DNA from: Candidatus Eisenbergiella stercoravium
GTDB taxonomy: Bacteria; Bacillota; Clostridia; Lachnospirales; Lachnospiraceae
Direction: 5' to 3'
DNA: 64,000 bases
Assembly: GCA_019113175.1 (NCBI GenBank)
Contig: DXHY01000045.1
Coordinates: forward strand, 361-64,360
Positions 47,099-56,698 of the stretch are shown piece by piece (the stretch's first letter is position 1; the number at the start of each line of letters is the position of its first letter). A model generated the notes under the pieces. It had not been told where the DNA came from, ran no database searches, and worked only from the letters and a program-made list of their open reading frames with translations. The position numbers and the translations under genes were made by a program.

Positions 47099-48775
47099 TT
47101 ATGCTTTTTCTTCTATTGTTCCGATGATGCTTTCATCTGTACCGCAGGCGGGAACCTCCAGGGTGACGCCAAAGGCTTCCAGAAGCAGTTCAAAGCCGGT
47201 CCGGCCGATGGACGACGGAGCATAGACCTCCTTTGGAATTTCAATACATCCCCCGGGACGAATGGAGCAGATCAGGGAATGCAGAAGACTGACCCGTTCC
47301 TCCAGACTGTATTTTCCCTGCATCAGGAAAATGCCTGTATCTGCCTGGGCTGCCGCGGTGGACAGTTCGTCAGGAGTATGCCACTGCGCTCCGTCAGACG
47401 TATTTTTTTCATCCGCGAGAATCCGGATGAAGCCCTGTCTGCCTGCCGGAGAAGGGACGGAGGGCAGGGACCGGGGATAGTGTTCCATTTTCCCGTTCAT
47501 CTGGAACAGAGCGGAAAAGCACCGGGTTTCAATGGTACGGATGAGCTGATAATCCCGCCATACTTCATTTTCGTCCTCGCTGTAAAGGAGAATGTTGCCC
47601 GGAGCGCTGTCAAGATCCACCGTTTTCGGAAGCTGGAAATCTGCAAAGGCAGGAGAGAGGCTTCCTCCAGCATAGGTTTTCAGAGAATGAAGCAGGGTCA
47701 GGACAGGATAGGAATCCACTGCTCCGCCTTCCGGCGTGATGAAAAATTTGTTCATCAGAAATCCGTTAGTCCGGTATTTTTTCTTTCGGTCCCGTTCAAA
47801 CGCGTCCGGGTCCAGATAGGAGTCCAGGGAGGCATCGGTCAGATGATGCCCAAGCAGCCGGTCCAGCATGGACCTCATGAAATGCCCGCCCATCGGCCTT
47901 GCGCCCACCTCGATCAGCACGGGGCCCGTTTCCGTCAGCATGTATTCTCCATGGCTCGGACCGTACCGAAAGTCCAGCGCATCCAGTACCCGATAGGCAT
48001 ATTCCACCATCTCCGCGTGGCCGGCTTCCAGCCTGCGGAGAATCCGGGCATAATTATAGGCGTTGCCGCTCTGGCCCCTGCGCACTTTGTCATAGACCCA
48101 GATGTCCGTGACACGGTGTACGCCGTTCCTGCTGACGGTATTGACGATATATTCCGTGCCCTCGATCCGTTCCTGCATGATCAGGCCATCGCCCCGTTTG
48201 CCGAAATAATCAGAGTTTTGCAGCTCCTCTTCAGCCGCCTTTTCCGCCTCCTCGAGGGAATTGCAGAAATGCAGTCCCATGGTTGCCGCACCGGCCACCT
48301 GCTTGATGACCACATGAGGGACTCCAAGCTCCTTCCAGTAATCCCGGACCTCCTGAACGGAGTGAACCACCCTGCCCCGGATACTTCGCAGGCCGTGGCT
48401 GCGCAGAGCTTCCTGCATCAGATCCTTGTTCAGATGGAGCTGGCTGGAAGAAGGGGGATTGCCCGGAAGAGAAAGGGCCTGCGCCAGTCTGTCCGCCAGC
48501 ACCACACCCATTTCACTCCCCGCAAGGACGCAGGCGATGTCGTAGGGTTTCAGGGCGGTCAGCAGATGTTCAAAACAGCCGTCGTCCGGAATCACAATGG
48601 TGCGGTCAGAAAGCTGCTTCCGGCAGGCGGAACGGGCGTTTTCATAATAAGCCTTATCCTCTTCCTTTCCTTCAATATAGGGGTAGATCACCAGGGGCTG
48701 ATACCCCCTGTCCAGAATATTCTGTTCATAAAACAGTCCGGTGGATATCGCTTCCACAATAACAATTGCTTTCAT
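47099..48775 (-). CDS. ATP-grasp domain protein (L-amino-acid ligase / carboxylate-amine ligase-like) with an about-150-aa C-terminal extension
   Basis: The pre-ATP-grasp and ATP-grasp layout includes VVIKQVAGAATMGLHFC, IMQERIEGTEYIVNTVS and LIEVGARPMGG. The C-terminal region contains IRPGGCIEI. ATG 48775 lies 5 nt after ATGGAGG. Confidence 0.7.
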   Translation of the reverse strand: MKAIVIVEAISTGLFYEQNILDRGYQPLVIYPYIEGKEEDKAYYENARSACRKQLSDRTIVIPDDGCFEHLLTALKPYDIACVLAGSEMGVVLADRLAQALSLPGNPPSSSQLHLNKDLMQEALRSHGLRSIRGRVVHSVQEVRDYWKELGVPHVVIKQVAGAATMGLHFCNSLEEAEKAAEEELQNSDYFGKRGDGLIMQERIEGTEYIVNTVSRNGVHRVTDIWVYDKVRRGQSGNAYNYARILRRLEAGHAEMVEYAYRVLDALDFRYGPSHGEYMLTETGPVLIEVGARPMGGHFMRSMLDRLLGHHLTDASLDSYLDPDAFERDRKKKYRTNGFLMNKFFITPEGGAVDSYPVLTLLHSLKTYAGGSLSPAFADFQLPKTVDLDSAPGNILLYSEDENEVWRDYQLIRTIETRCFSALFQMNGKMEHYPRSLPSVPSPAGRQGFIRILADEKNTSDGAQWHTPDELSTAAAQADTGIFLMQGKYSLEERVSLLHSLICSIRPGGCIEIPKEVYAPSSIGRTGFELLLEAFGVTLEVPACGTDESIIGTIEEKA

Positions 48776-49048
48776 GTCTGCCTCCATTCTTTTTCCGCTT
48801 TCCGGGTTTGGCTGACGCAAACCTTCCTTAATGATAAAAAATACCTGTCATTACTATAAAGGGATGGTTACAGGCTGACAACCCCAGGAAGGGCAGGCGG
48901 GAGAAAAAAAGGCGGAGTGGCATGAAATCTGAAGTTTTGCAGGGAATCCGCGTGCGGGCCTTGCTTCCCCGCAGAAATATGGATACAATAGGAACGGACA
49001 CAGAACAGACGCATAAAAAACTTCAGTATGGAGGATCAGGTGACAAAT

Positions 49049-49825
49049 ATGCAGATTGAAAGACAGAAGCTGTTTGATATTGTACGGGAAGGCGGGGCGC
49101 TGTTTCGTAACAGAGAGGAAGCGGCCCATGTTAAGGTAAAGGGCGTGTCGGATTATGTGACGCAGGTGGATTTTCATGTGCAGGAGCAGATCCGGACAGG
49201 GCTCATGCGGGAATGGCCGCAGATACAGTTCATGGGAGAGGAGAAGGACAACAGCGACATCGATTTTACGAAGGCTGTCTGGATTCTGGATCCGGTGGAC
49301 GGAACGACGAACCTGATTCACGATTTCCGTCAAAGCGCGGTTTCGTTGGCTCTCTATGATGGCGGAAGGCCGGTCTGCGGCGTGGTCTATCAGCCTTATA
49401 CGGAGGAGCTTTTTTATGCTGCGGCGGGAGAAGGAGCTTTCCTGAACGGAAAGCCCATACACGTGAGCGGCGCGCAGACCATGGAGGAATGTCTGATTTC
49501 CATCGGAACCGCGCCCTATGAGCATGAGTACGCAGACCGGAATTTCGATCTGTTCAAAAGGATCTTCCTGGACTGCCAGGATATCCGCAGACTGGGGTCG
49601 GCGGCCATCGACCTGGCCTATGTGGCCTGCGGCCGGATCGACGCTTTTTTTGAGATGAACCTGAAGCCCTGGGATTTTGCCGCCGGACGCATCCTGGTGG
49701 AGGAAGCCGGCGGAACGGTCACGGATTTTTCCGGAAACAGCCCTGATTTCCGGAAGAAGGGCAGCATCCTCGGAAGCAACGGAGCCATCGGGAGACTGCT
49801 GGTGGAGCGGTATATGAACAGCTGA
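49049..49825 (+). CDS. Inositol monophosphatase family protein
   Basis: WILDPVDGTTNL and the downstream WDFAAG motifs. The start is ambiguous (49028 or 49049). Confidence 0.85.
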   Translation: MQIERQKLFDIVREGGALFRNREEAAHVKVKGVSDYVTQVDFHVQEQIRTGLMREWPQIQFMGEEKDNSDIDFTKAVWILDPVDGTTNLIHDFRQSAVSLALYDGGRPVCGVVYQPYTEELFYAAAGEGAFLNGKPIHVSGAQTMEECLISIGTAPYEHEYADRNFDLFKRIFLDCQDIRRLGSAAIDLAYVACGRIDAFFEMNLKPWDFAAGRILVEEAGGTVTDFSGNSPDFRKKGSILGSNGAIGRLLVERYMNS

Positions 49826-49924
49826 AGCGGTTATGAACAGCTGAATTCTCTTGACAGATGAGCCTGGCATGGGCAAAATAATAGCTGAAACTCTGAATAA
49901 GAAGGAAAAAAGGAACACAACGGG

Positions 49925-51151
49925 ATGAAAAACAGAAACAGAAGAATAATTTTTTCCCTGGTAATTGCCGCAATAATGCTTTGTTTCCAGCCTGTGACAG
50001 GCCTGACCGCACGGGCTGAAGGGCTTCCGACGGGCGCACAGGCGGAGGCACAGCAGACCGGTGATGTTGCCTGGCCGGCCGGGGCATTGATACAGGATAC
50101 GGCCGCGCAGAGTGCACAGGAAGCCGCGGCAGCAGCCGTTCAGGCGCAGGCGGACGCCCTGATGGCAGCCCATCTTGCCGCCTGGCAGCAGGCCCAGGAG
50201 GAATATGCCGCGCAGCTTGCGGCCTACCAGCAGGCGCTGGCAGAGCAGCAGGCCGCAGCTCAGCTCGCTGCCCAACAGCAGGCAGAGGCAGCCGCTCAGC
50301 TTTCCGCCCAACAGCAGGCCGCAGCTCAGGAGGCCGCAGCCCAGGTGATCGCAGCCGCTCAGGCAGCGGCAGAAGCCCAGACCAACAGCCAGCCTTCGCA
50401 GGACGGCCAGAATGTGACCGGAGCTCCGGCAGGCGTTCCGACTTCTCTGGCCGGGAAAACGGTTTCTATTCTGGGAGACAGCATCTCCACTTATCAGGGC
50501 TGGATTCCGGAAGGGTATGCATGTTTTTATCCGGATCCGGACAATGATATTAAGGATGTATCCCAGACCTGGTGGATGCAGGTAATTCAGAATACGGGAA
50601 TGAGTCTTCTGGTAAATGGCTCCTGGTCCGCCAGCGCGGTGTGCGGGGATTCCCGGGCGGAGGACTCCAGCGCGGGCTGCAGCAGCCGTCGGATTGTGGA
50701 TCTGATGGGAAATACGGGAACAGTACCGGATGTGATCCTGGTGTATCTGGGAGCAAACGACTTTTTTGCCTCGATTCCGCTGGGAAAATTTTCCGGTACG
50801 GCTGAGTACCGGAACGATCATTATATCTGGGATTTTACGGAAGGTTATGAGCTGATGCTTCAGAAGCTGCAGGCGGTATATCCCACCTCGAAGATTTACT
50901 GTATGACCCTGATCGAAGCGAATTCCGGTGACCATCCCAGGGTGAATGCGAACGGAAATACCATTGCGGATTATAACAGCAGAATCAAACAGATTGCGGC
51001 AGCCCATGGGATTTCTGTCATTGACGTGCACAACTGCGGGCTGGAGGTTTATGAGCTGGGCCGGTTTACCAGTGACGGAACCCACCCGAACCGGGAGGGT
51101 GCGGCGAAGATGGCGGCCTATGTGACAAACGCTCTCCTTATGGGCGGCTGA
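49925..51151 (+). CDS. Secreted/anchored SGNH (GDSL) hydrolase with an A/Q-rich low-complexity linker
   Basis: An N-terminal signal/TM segment is followed by about 110 aa of AAQ-rich repeats. The SGNH blocks ILGDSIST, GAND and DGTHPN follow. Confidence 0.8.
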   Translation: MKNRNRRIIFSLVIAAIMLCFQPVTGLTARAEGLPTGAQAEAQQTGDVAWPAGALIQDTAAQSAQEAAAAAVQAQADALMAAHLAAWQQAQEEYAAQLAAYQQALAEQQAAAQLAAQQQAEAAAQLSAQQQAAAQEAAAQVIAAAQAAAEAQTNSQPSQDGQNVTGAPAGVPTSLAGKTVSILGDSISTYQGWIPEGYACFYPDPDNDIKDVSQTWWMQVIQNTGMSLLVNGSWSASAVCGDSRAEDSSAGCSSRRIVDLMGNTGTVPDVILVYLGANDFFASIPLGKFSGTAEYRNDHYIWDFTEGYELMLQKLQAVYPTSKIYCMTLIEANSGDHPRVNANGNTIADYNSRIKQIAAAHGISVIDVHNCGLEVYELGRFTSDGTHPNREGAAKMAAYVTNALLMGG

Positions 51152-51177
51152 TGCTCTTTCACGGACGGGAGGAAGGT

Positions 51178-51888
51178 ATGGTTTCCTGGCTGGTATTGAT
51201 TTTGACAGCGGTATATCTTTATCATGGATATTTAAGCCGCAGGATGGACAGACGCAAGCTGTCCCACAGCTCCTACTATGATGTTGCCTACGGCGGAGAG
51301 AAGAAATGTGTCGATCAGGCAGCGGCCATTCTGAAGGATGTTGGCGGATATGGAAGGCTTCTGTCGGACTGGCATTATTTGTCGGACAACGGTCCGGCTT
51401 CGGCGGATGTGATCCTGATCCATGAAACCGGCGTGTACGTGCTGGAAACAAAGGATTACGGCGGCTGGATATCCGGAAATCCTGAGGACGAATACTGGGT
51501 GCAGACGCTGGGAACCGGAAAATATACCTCCTGCCAGAACTATTTTTATAATCCCCTTCTGAAGCTTTCCGGATGTATCGGATCCATGAAGAAGGAGCTG
51601 CCGGACATGAAGTGGCTGCCCTATTATTCCCTCGCGGTGTTCGGCAACGGCTGTGAGCTGGAAAATGCCGGACTGTCCGATGGCGAAAGAAAAATCATTT
51701 ATCTGAAGCAGCTTTCCTATACCATGTACGGCATGATCCGTTCCTCCCGCAAATTTCTTTCCAGGCAGGTAATTGATGAAATTTATGAGCGGCTGCAGGA
51801 GAGAAGAACGGTTACCGGGCTTGACAAAAGCCCGCGGCTTGATTATAGTAAGAACAGACCTGACGGCAGAAAAGCTGTCTCAGGATGA
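51178..51888 (+). CDS. NERD domain-containing protein with an N-terminal TM helix
   Basis: ADVILIHETGVYVLETKDYGGWISGNPEDEYWVQ is the NERD core. GGGAGGAAGG SD. Confidence 0.75.
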   Translation: MVSWLVLILTAVYLYHGYLSRRMDRRKLSHSSYYDVAYGGEKKCVDQAAAILKDVGGYGRLLSDWHYLSDNGPASADVILIHETGVYVLETKDYGGWISGNPEDEYWVQTLGTGKYTSCQNYFYNPLLKLSGCIGSMKKELPDMKWLPYYSLAVFGNGCELENAGLSDGERKIIYLKQLSYTMYGMIRSSRKFLSRQVIDEIYERLQERRTVTGLDKSPRLDYSKNRPDGRKAVSG

Positions 51889-51892
51889 TTGA

Positions 51893-52330
51893 TAAAGATG
51901 AGGAAGAAGAGGAGTACGCATATCTCTTCACCAGAGAGGACTGCCCGCAGGCTGGAAGGCGGTCCGGGAGCAGGATGTGCGGAAGGTAGCTTTGGAGTCG
52001 GAAGGCAGAACAGGGCGGACGGTGCAGACCGGAAAGAGAACGCCTCCAGTAAGCTTTCACGCTTCATCCCCGTTAAAGGATGAGACTTGTTAGATGTCAT
52101 ACCCTGGCCACGCACTTGCTGCGTGGTCAGGGCCGAAATGATTCGATGGGCGATTTGGCTTCGTGAAGCGAACTTTAAATGCCAAATCGCCGGTTGCTGG
52201 TCATTATGTGACCAGCAACTGAGACTCTGACAGGAGTTGTAACGAGGCCGGATTTTCGTAAGAGTCCGGTGAACAAAGGTGGTACCGCGCAAAAGCGCCC
52301 TTTGCCCAGCAGGCAAAGGGCGTTTTCTAA
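51893..52330 (+). promoter_or_regulatory. T-box riboswitch leader of valS (unusually long, carries an internal insertion)
   Basis: Elements seen: GA/AGTA (gATGAggaagaAGAGgAGTA), AG bulge cAGAGAGG, distal loop GCTGGAA, specifier region GGAAGGUAGC (51981-51990), F-box CCGTTA (52070-52075), T-box AAAGGTGGTACCGCG (52275-52289), and a terminator at 52296-52327. Confidence 0.8.
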
Positions 52331-52341
52331 TGGAGGAGAAC

Positions 52342-55020
52342 ATGAGCAAAGAACTGGCAAAAACCTATGATCCTCATGGCATTGAGGAGAGACTGTATCA
52401 GAAATGGCTGGACAAAAAATATTTTCACGCGGAGGTGGACAGGAGCAGAAAGCCCTTCACCATCGTGATGCCCCCGCCGAACATTACGGGGCAGCTTCAC
52501 ATGGGGCATGCGCTGGACAACACCATGCAGGATATTCTGATCCGTTTTAAGCGGATGCAGGGCTACAATGCCCTCTGGCAGCCGGGAACGGACCACGCCA
52601 GTATTGCGACCGAGGTCAAGATCATCGAGAAGCTGAAGGAAGAGGGCATAGACAAGCACGATCTGGGAAGGGAAAAATTCCTGGAGCGCGCCTGGGCGTG
52701 GAAGAAGGAATATGGTGGAAGGATCACCAGCCAGTTAAAAAAGCTTGGCTCCTCCTGCGACTGGGACAGAGAGCGCTTCACCATGGACGAGGGCTGCAAT
52801 AAGGCCGTGACGGAAGTGTTCTGCAAGATGCATGAAAAGGGCTGGATCTATAAGGGAAGCAGGATCGTCAACTGGTGTCCGGTCTGCAATACCTCCATTT
52901 CCGATGCAGAGGTGGTATATGAGGAGCAGGCAGGCCATTTCTGGCACATCAAGTATCCGCTGGTGGATGAAAACGGACAGCCCAGCAAAACGGAATTCCT
53001 GGAGTTCGCCACCACCCGGCCGGAGACCATGCTGGGTGATACGGCCGTTGCTGTAAATCCGGAGGATGAGCGGTATAAGGATCTGGTGGGAAGAAAGGTA
53101 TTCCTGCCTTTCGTGGACCGGCAGATCCCCATCATTGCGGATTCCTACGTGGATATGGAATTTGGAACCGGCGTGGTGAAGATCACCCCCGCTCATGACC
53201 CCAACGACTTTGAGGTGGGAAAACGGCACAACCTGCCTGAGATCAACATCATGAATGATGACGCCACCATCAATGAAAACGGCGGAAAATTCGCCGGAAT
53301 GGACCGTTATGAGGCAAGAGCTGCCATTGTGAAGGAACTGGATGAGATGGGGCTTCTGGTCCGCATTGAGGACTATACCCACAACGTGGGAACTCATGAC
53401 CGCTGCAAGACCACGGTGGAGCCGCTGATCAAAAAGCAGTGGTTCGTGAAGATGGACGAGCTGATCAAGCCCGCCGTGGAAGGGGTGAAGAATGGAGACA
53501 TCCGCCTGATTCCGGAGCGTATGGACAAGATTTATTTCAACTGGACGGACAACATCCGCGACTGGTGCATTTCCAGACAGCTCTGGTGGGGCCACCGGAT
53601 TCCCGCCTATTACTGTGACGAATGCGGCGAGGTTGTGGTGGCAAAGGAAATGCCGAAGGTATGCCCGAAGTGCGGCTGCACCCATTTCACTCAGGATGAG
53701 GATACCCTGGATACCTGGTTTTCTTCTGCCCTCTGGCCCTTCTCCACGCTGGGCTGGCCGGACAAAACGGAGGATCTGGATTACTTTTATCCTACGGATG
53801 TGCTGGTGACGGGTTATGACATCATCTTTTTCTGGGTGATCCGGATGATTTTTTCCGGCTATGAGCAGATGGGCAAGAAGCCCTTCTCCACCGTGCTGTT
53901 CCACGGTCTGGTGAGAGATTCCCAGGGAAGAAAGATGTCCAAGTCTCTCGGAAACGGTATCGATCCGCTGGAGGTGATTGATAAATACGGCGCGGATGCC
54001 CTGCGTCTGACGCTGATCACCGGAAACGCGCCCGGAAACGACATGCGTTTCTATTATGAGAGAGTGGAAGCCAGCCGCAATTTTGCCAACAAGGTCTGGA
54101 ACGCTTCCCGCTTCATCCAGATGAACATGGAAGGAAAAACGATTCCAGGAAATATTATTTCCGCGAATGCCGCAGAGCACCTGCAGCCCGTGGATAAATG
54201 GATTCTTTCCCGTCTCAATAACGTGGTGAAGGAAGTCACTGACAACATGGAGAATTTTGAACTGGGCATCGCCGTGCAGAAGGTCTATGACTTCATCTGG
54301 GATGAGTTCTGCGACTGGTACATCGAGATGGTGAAGCCCAGGCTGCACGATACGGACGACGCGGACAGCCAGAATGCCGCGCTCTGGACGCTGAAGAACG
54401 TGCTTTTAAACGCCCTGAAGCTGCTGCATCCTTACATGCCCTTCGTGACCGAGGAAATCTTCTGCACTCTGCAGGATGAGGAGGAATCCATTATGATTTC
54501 TTCCTGGCCGCAGTACAGAGAGGAGTGGAACTTCCCGAAGGAAGAGGAGGAGATCACGATCATCAAGGAAGCGGTGCGCGGCATCCGCAACGTGAGAAGC
54601 TCCATGAACGTTCCGCCCAGCAAAAAAGCTCATGTGTTCGTGGTGAGCACGGATGAGAGAATTGCTTCCGCCTTCACGGAAGGAAAGCTGTTCTTCGCTT
54701 CCCTGTCCGGCGCCTCCGACGTCACCATCCAGCAGGATAAGACGGGAATCGCGGACGATGCGGTATCCGTGGTGATCGCGGGAGCCACGCTGTACATTCC
54801 ATTTGCGGAACTGGTGGACATCGCGCAGGAAATCGCCCGCCTGGAAAAGGAAGAGAAGCGCCTTGTCGGTGAGCTCGCCCGTGTAAACGGCATGCTGAGC
54901 AATGAAAAGTTCCTTTCCAAGGCGCCGGAAAGCAAGATTGCCGAAGAAAAGGGCAAGCTGGAAAAGTATACGCAGATGATGGAACAGGTGCGTGAGCGCC
55001 TTGCCGCTTTGAGAAAATAG
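52342..55020 (+). CDS. valS: Valine--tRNA ligase
   Basis: [15 protein letters not shown] (HIGH) and KMSKSLGN (KMSKS) motifs and a C-terminal coiled coil. ATG 52342 lies 5 nt after ATGGAGG. Confidence 0.95.
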   Translation: MSKELAKTYDPHGIEERLYQKWLDKKYFHAEVDRSRKPFTIVMPPPNITGQLHMGHALDNTMQDILIRFKRMQGYNALWQPGTDHASIATEVKIIEKLKEEGIDKHDLGREKFLERAWAWKKEYGGRITSQLKKLGSSCDWDRERFTMDEGCNKAVTEVFCKMHEKGWIYKGSRIVNWCPVCNTSISDAEVVYEEQAGHFWHIKYPLVDENGQPSKTEFLEFATTRPETMLGDTAVAVNPEDERYKDLVGRKVFLPFVDRQIPIIADSYVDMEFGTGVVKITPAHDPNDFEVGKRHNLPEINIMNDDATINENGGKFAGMDRYEARAAIVKELDEMGLLVRIEDYTHNVGTHDRCKTTVEPLIKKQWFVKMDELIKPAVEGVKNGDIRLIPERMDKIYFNWTDNIRDWCISRQLWWGHRIPAYYCDECGEVVVAKEMPKVCPKCGCTHFTQDEDTLDTWFSSALWPFSTLGWPDKTEDLDYFYPTDVLVTGYDIIFFWVIRMIFSGYEQMGKKPFSTVLFHGLVRDSQGRKMSKSLGNGIDPLEVIDKYGADALRLTLITGNAPGNDMRFYYERVEASRNFANKVWNASRFIQMNMEGKTIPGNIISANAAEHLQPVDKWILSRLNNVVKEVTDNMENFELGIAVQKVYDFIWDEFCDWYIEMVKPRLHDTDDADSQNAALWTLKNVLLNALKLLHPYMPFVTEEIFCTLQDEEESIMISSWPQYREEWNFPKEEEEITIIKEAVRGIRNVRSSMNVPPSKKAHVFVVSTDERIASAFTEGKLFFASLSGASDVTIQQDKTGIADDAVSVVIAGATLYIPFAELVDIAQEIARLEKEEKRLVGELARVNGMLSNEKFLSKAPESKIAEEKGKLEKYTQMMEQVRERLAALRK

Positions 55021-55076
55021 AAAAGACAGAACCTGACGCTGCCGCTTCAGACGGCGTCAGACTGAAAATGGAAGGG

Positions 55077-55110
55077 CGGAGACATTTCTTCGGGAATGTC
55101 TCCGTTTCCT
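55077..55110 (+). terminator. Terminator after valS
   Basis: A 9-bp stem, ggagacatt / aatgtctcc, is followed by a gTTTccTT tract (weak U-run). Confidence 0.45.
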
Positions 55111-55195
55111 TCGTGGCAGAAACGGAAAAGAGAATCGGAAAACGTCCCGCGAGGGAATCAGCGGGAACAAACGAAGCTTTGAAGGAGAATACAAT

Positions 55196-56491
<1,296 letters not shown>

Positions 56492-56527
56492 GACGATTAA
56501 CCGGATTTTTTCTGGAGGATATAGAGT

Positions 56528-56698
56528 ATGTTGGATTTTGAAGCGGAACTGAAGAAATTCCATCCCAGCCTTGAGGTTGATGAGGTGGAGGAAGCGATAT
56601 ATAAACATGGTTTGACGGATATTACGGATCTTCTTGTAGAGATTGAGAAGGACAGAAAGCCGCAGGGCGCGGAGAGAAATCGAGGGACGGAAGAATGA
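56528..56698 (+). CDS. Small acidic hypothetical protein (56 aa), below the ORF-track size cut-off
   Basis: ATG 56528 lies 8 nt after GGAGGA. The translation is MLDFEAELKKFHPSLEVDEVEEAIYKHGLTDITDLLVEIEKDRKPQGAERNRGTEE. Its TGA overlaps the ATG of the next gene (ATGA). Confidence 0.5.
   Translation: MLDFEAELKKFHPSLEVDEVEEAIYKHGLTDITDLLVEIEKDRKPQGAERNRGTEE

Noticed and set aside
50040-50400. Repetitive CAGCAGGC-rich DNA, considered as a non-coding tandem repeat.
   Set aside because: It is in frame within the SGNH hydrolase gene and encodes an A/Q-rich linker. The repeats are imperfect low-complexity sequence rather than a defined unit.
48854-51451. 865-aa ORF on the minus strand, plus similar long ORFs at 30343-32535, 4307-5797, 32587-34107, 52735-54348, 26248-27657, 40809-42029, 47279-48859 and 11024-12034.
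   Set aside because: Each lies antisense to, or frame-shifted against, a gene with clear family motifs (SGNH/IMPase/NERD, trpB2, ABC, ADH, valS, GH95, URO-D, ATP-grasp). The translations are R/P/G/S/H-rich with no recognisable domains and no SD. Long stop-free alternative frames are expected at this GC content.
51178-51888. NERD-domain gene as part of an anti-phage defence system.
   Set aside because: No helicase, ATPase, methylase or other typical defence partner is adjacent, and the neighbours are housekeeping-type genes. It is retained only as a low-interest observation.
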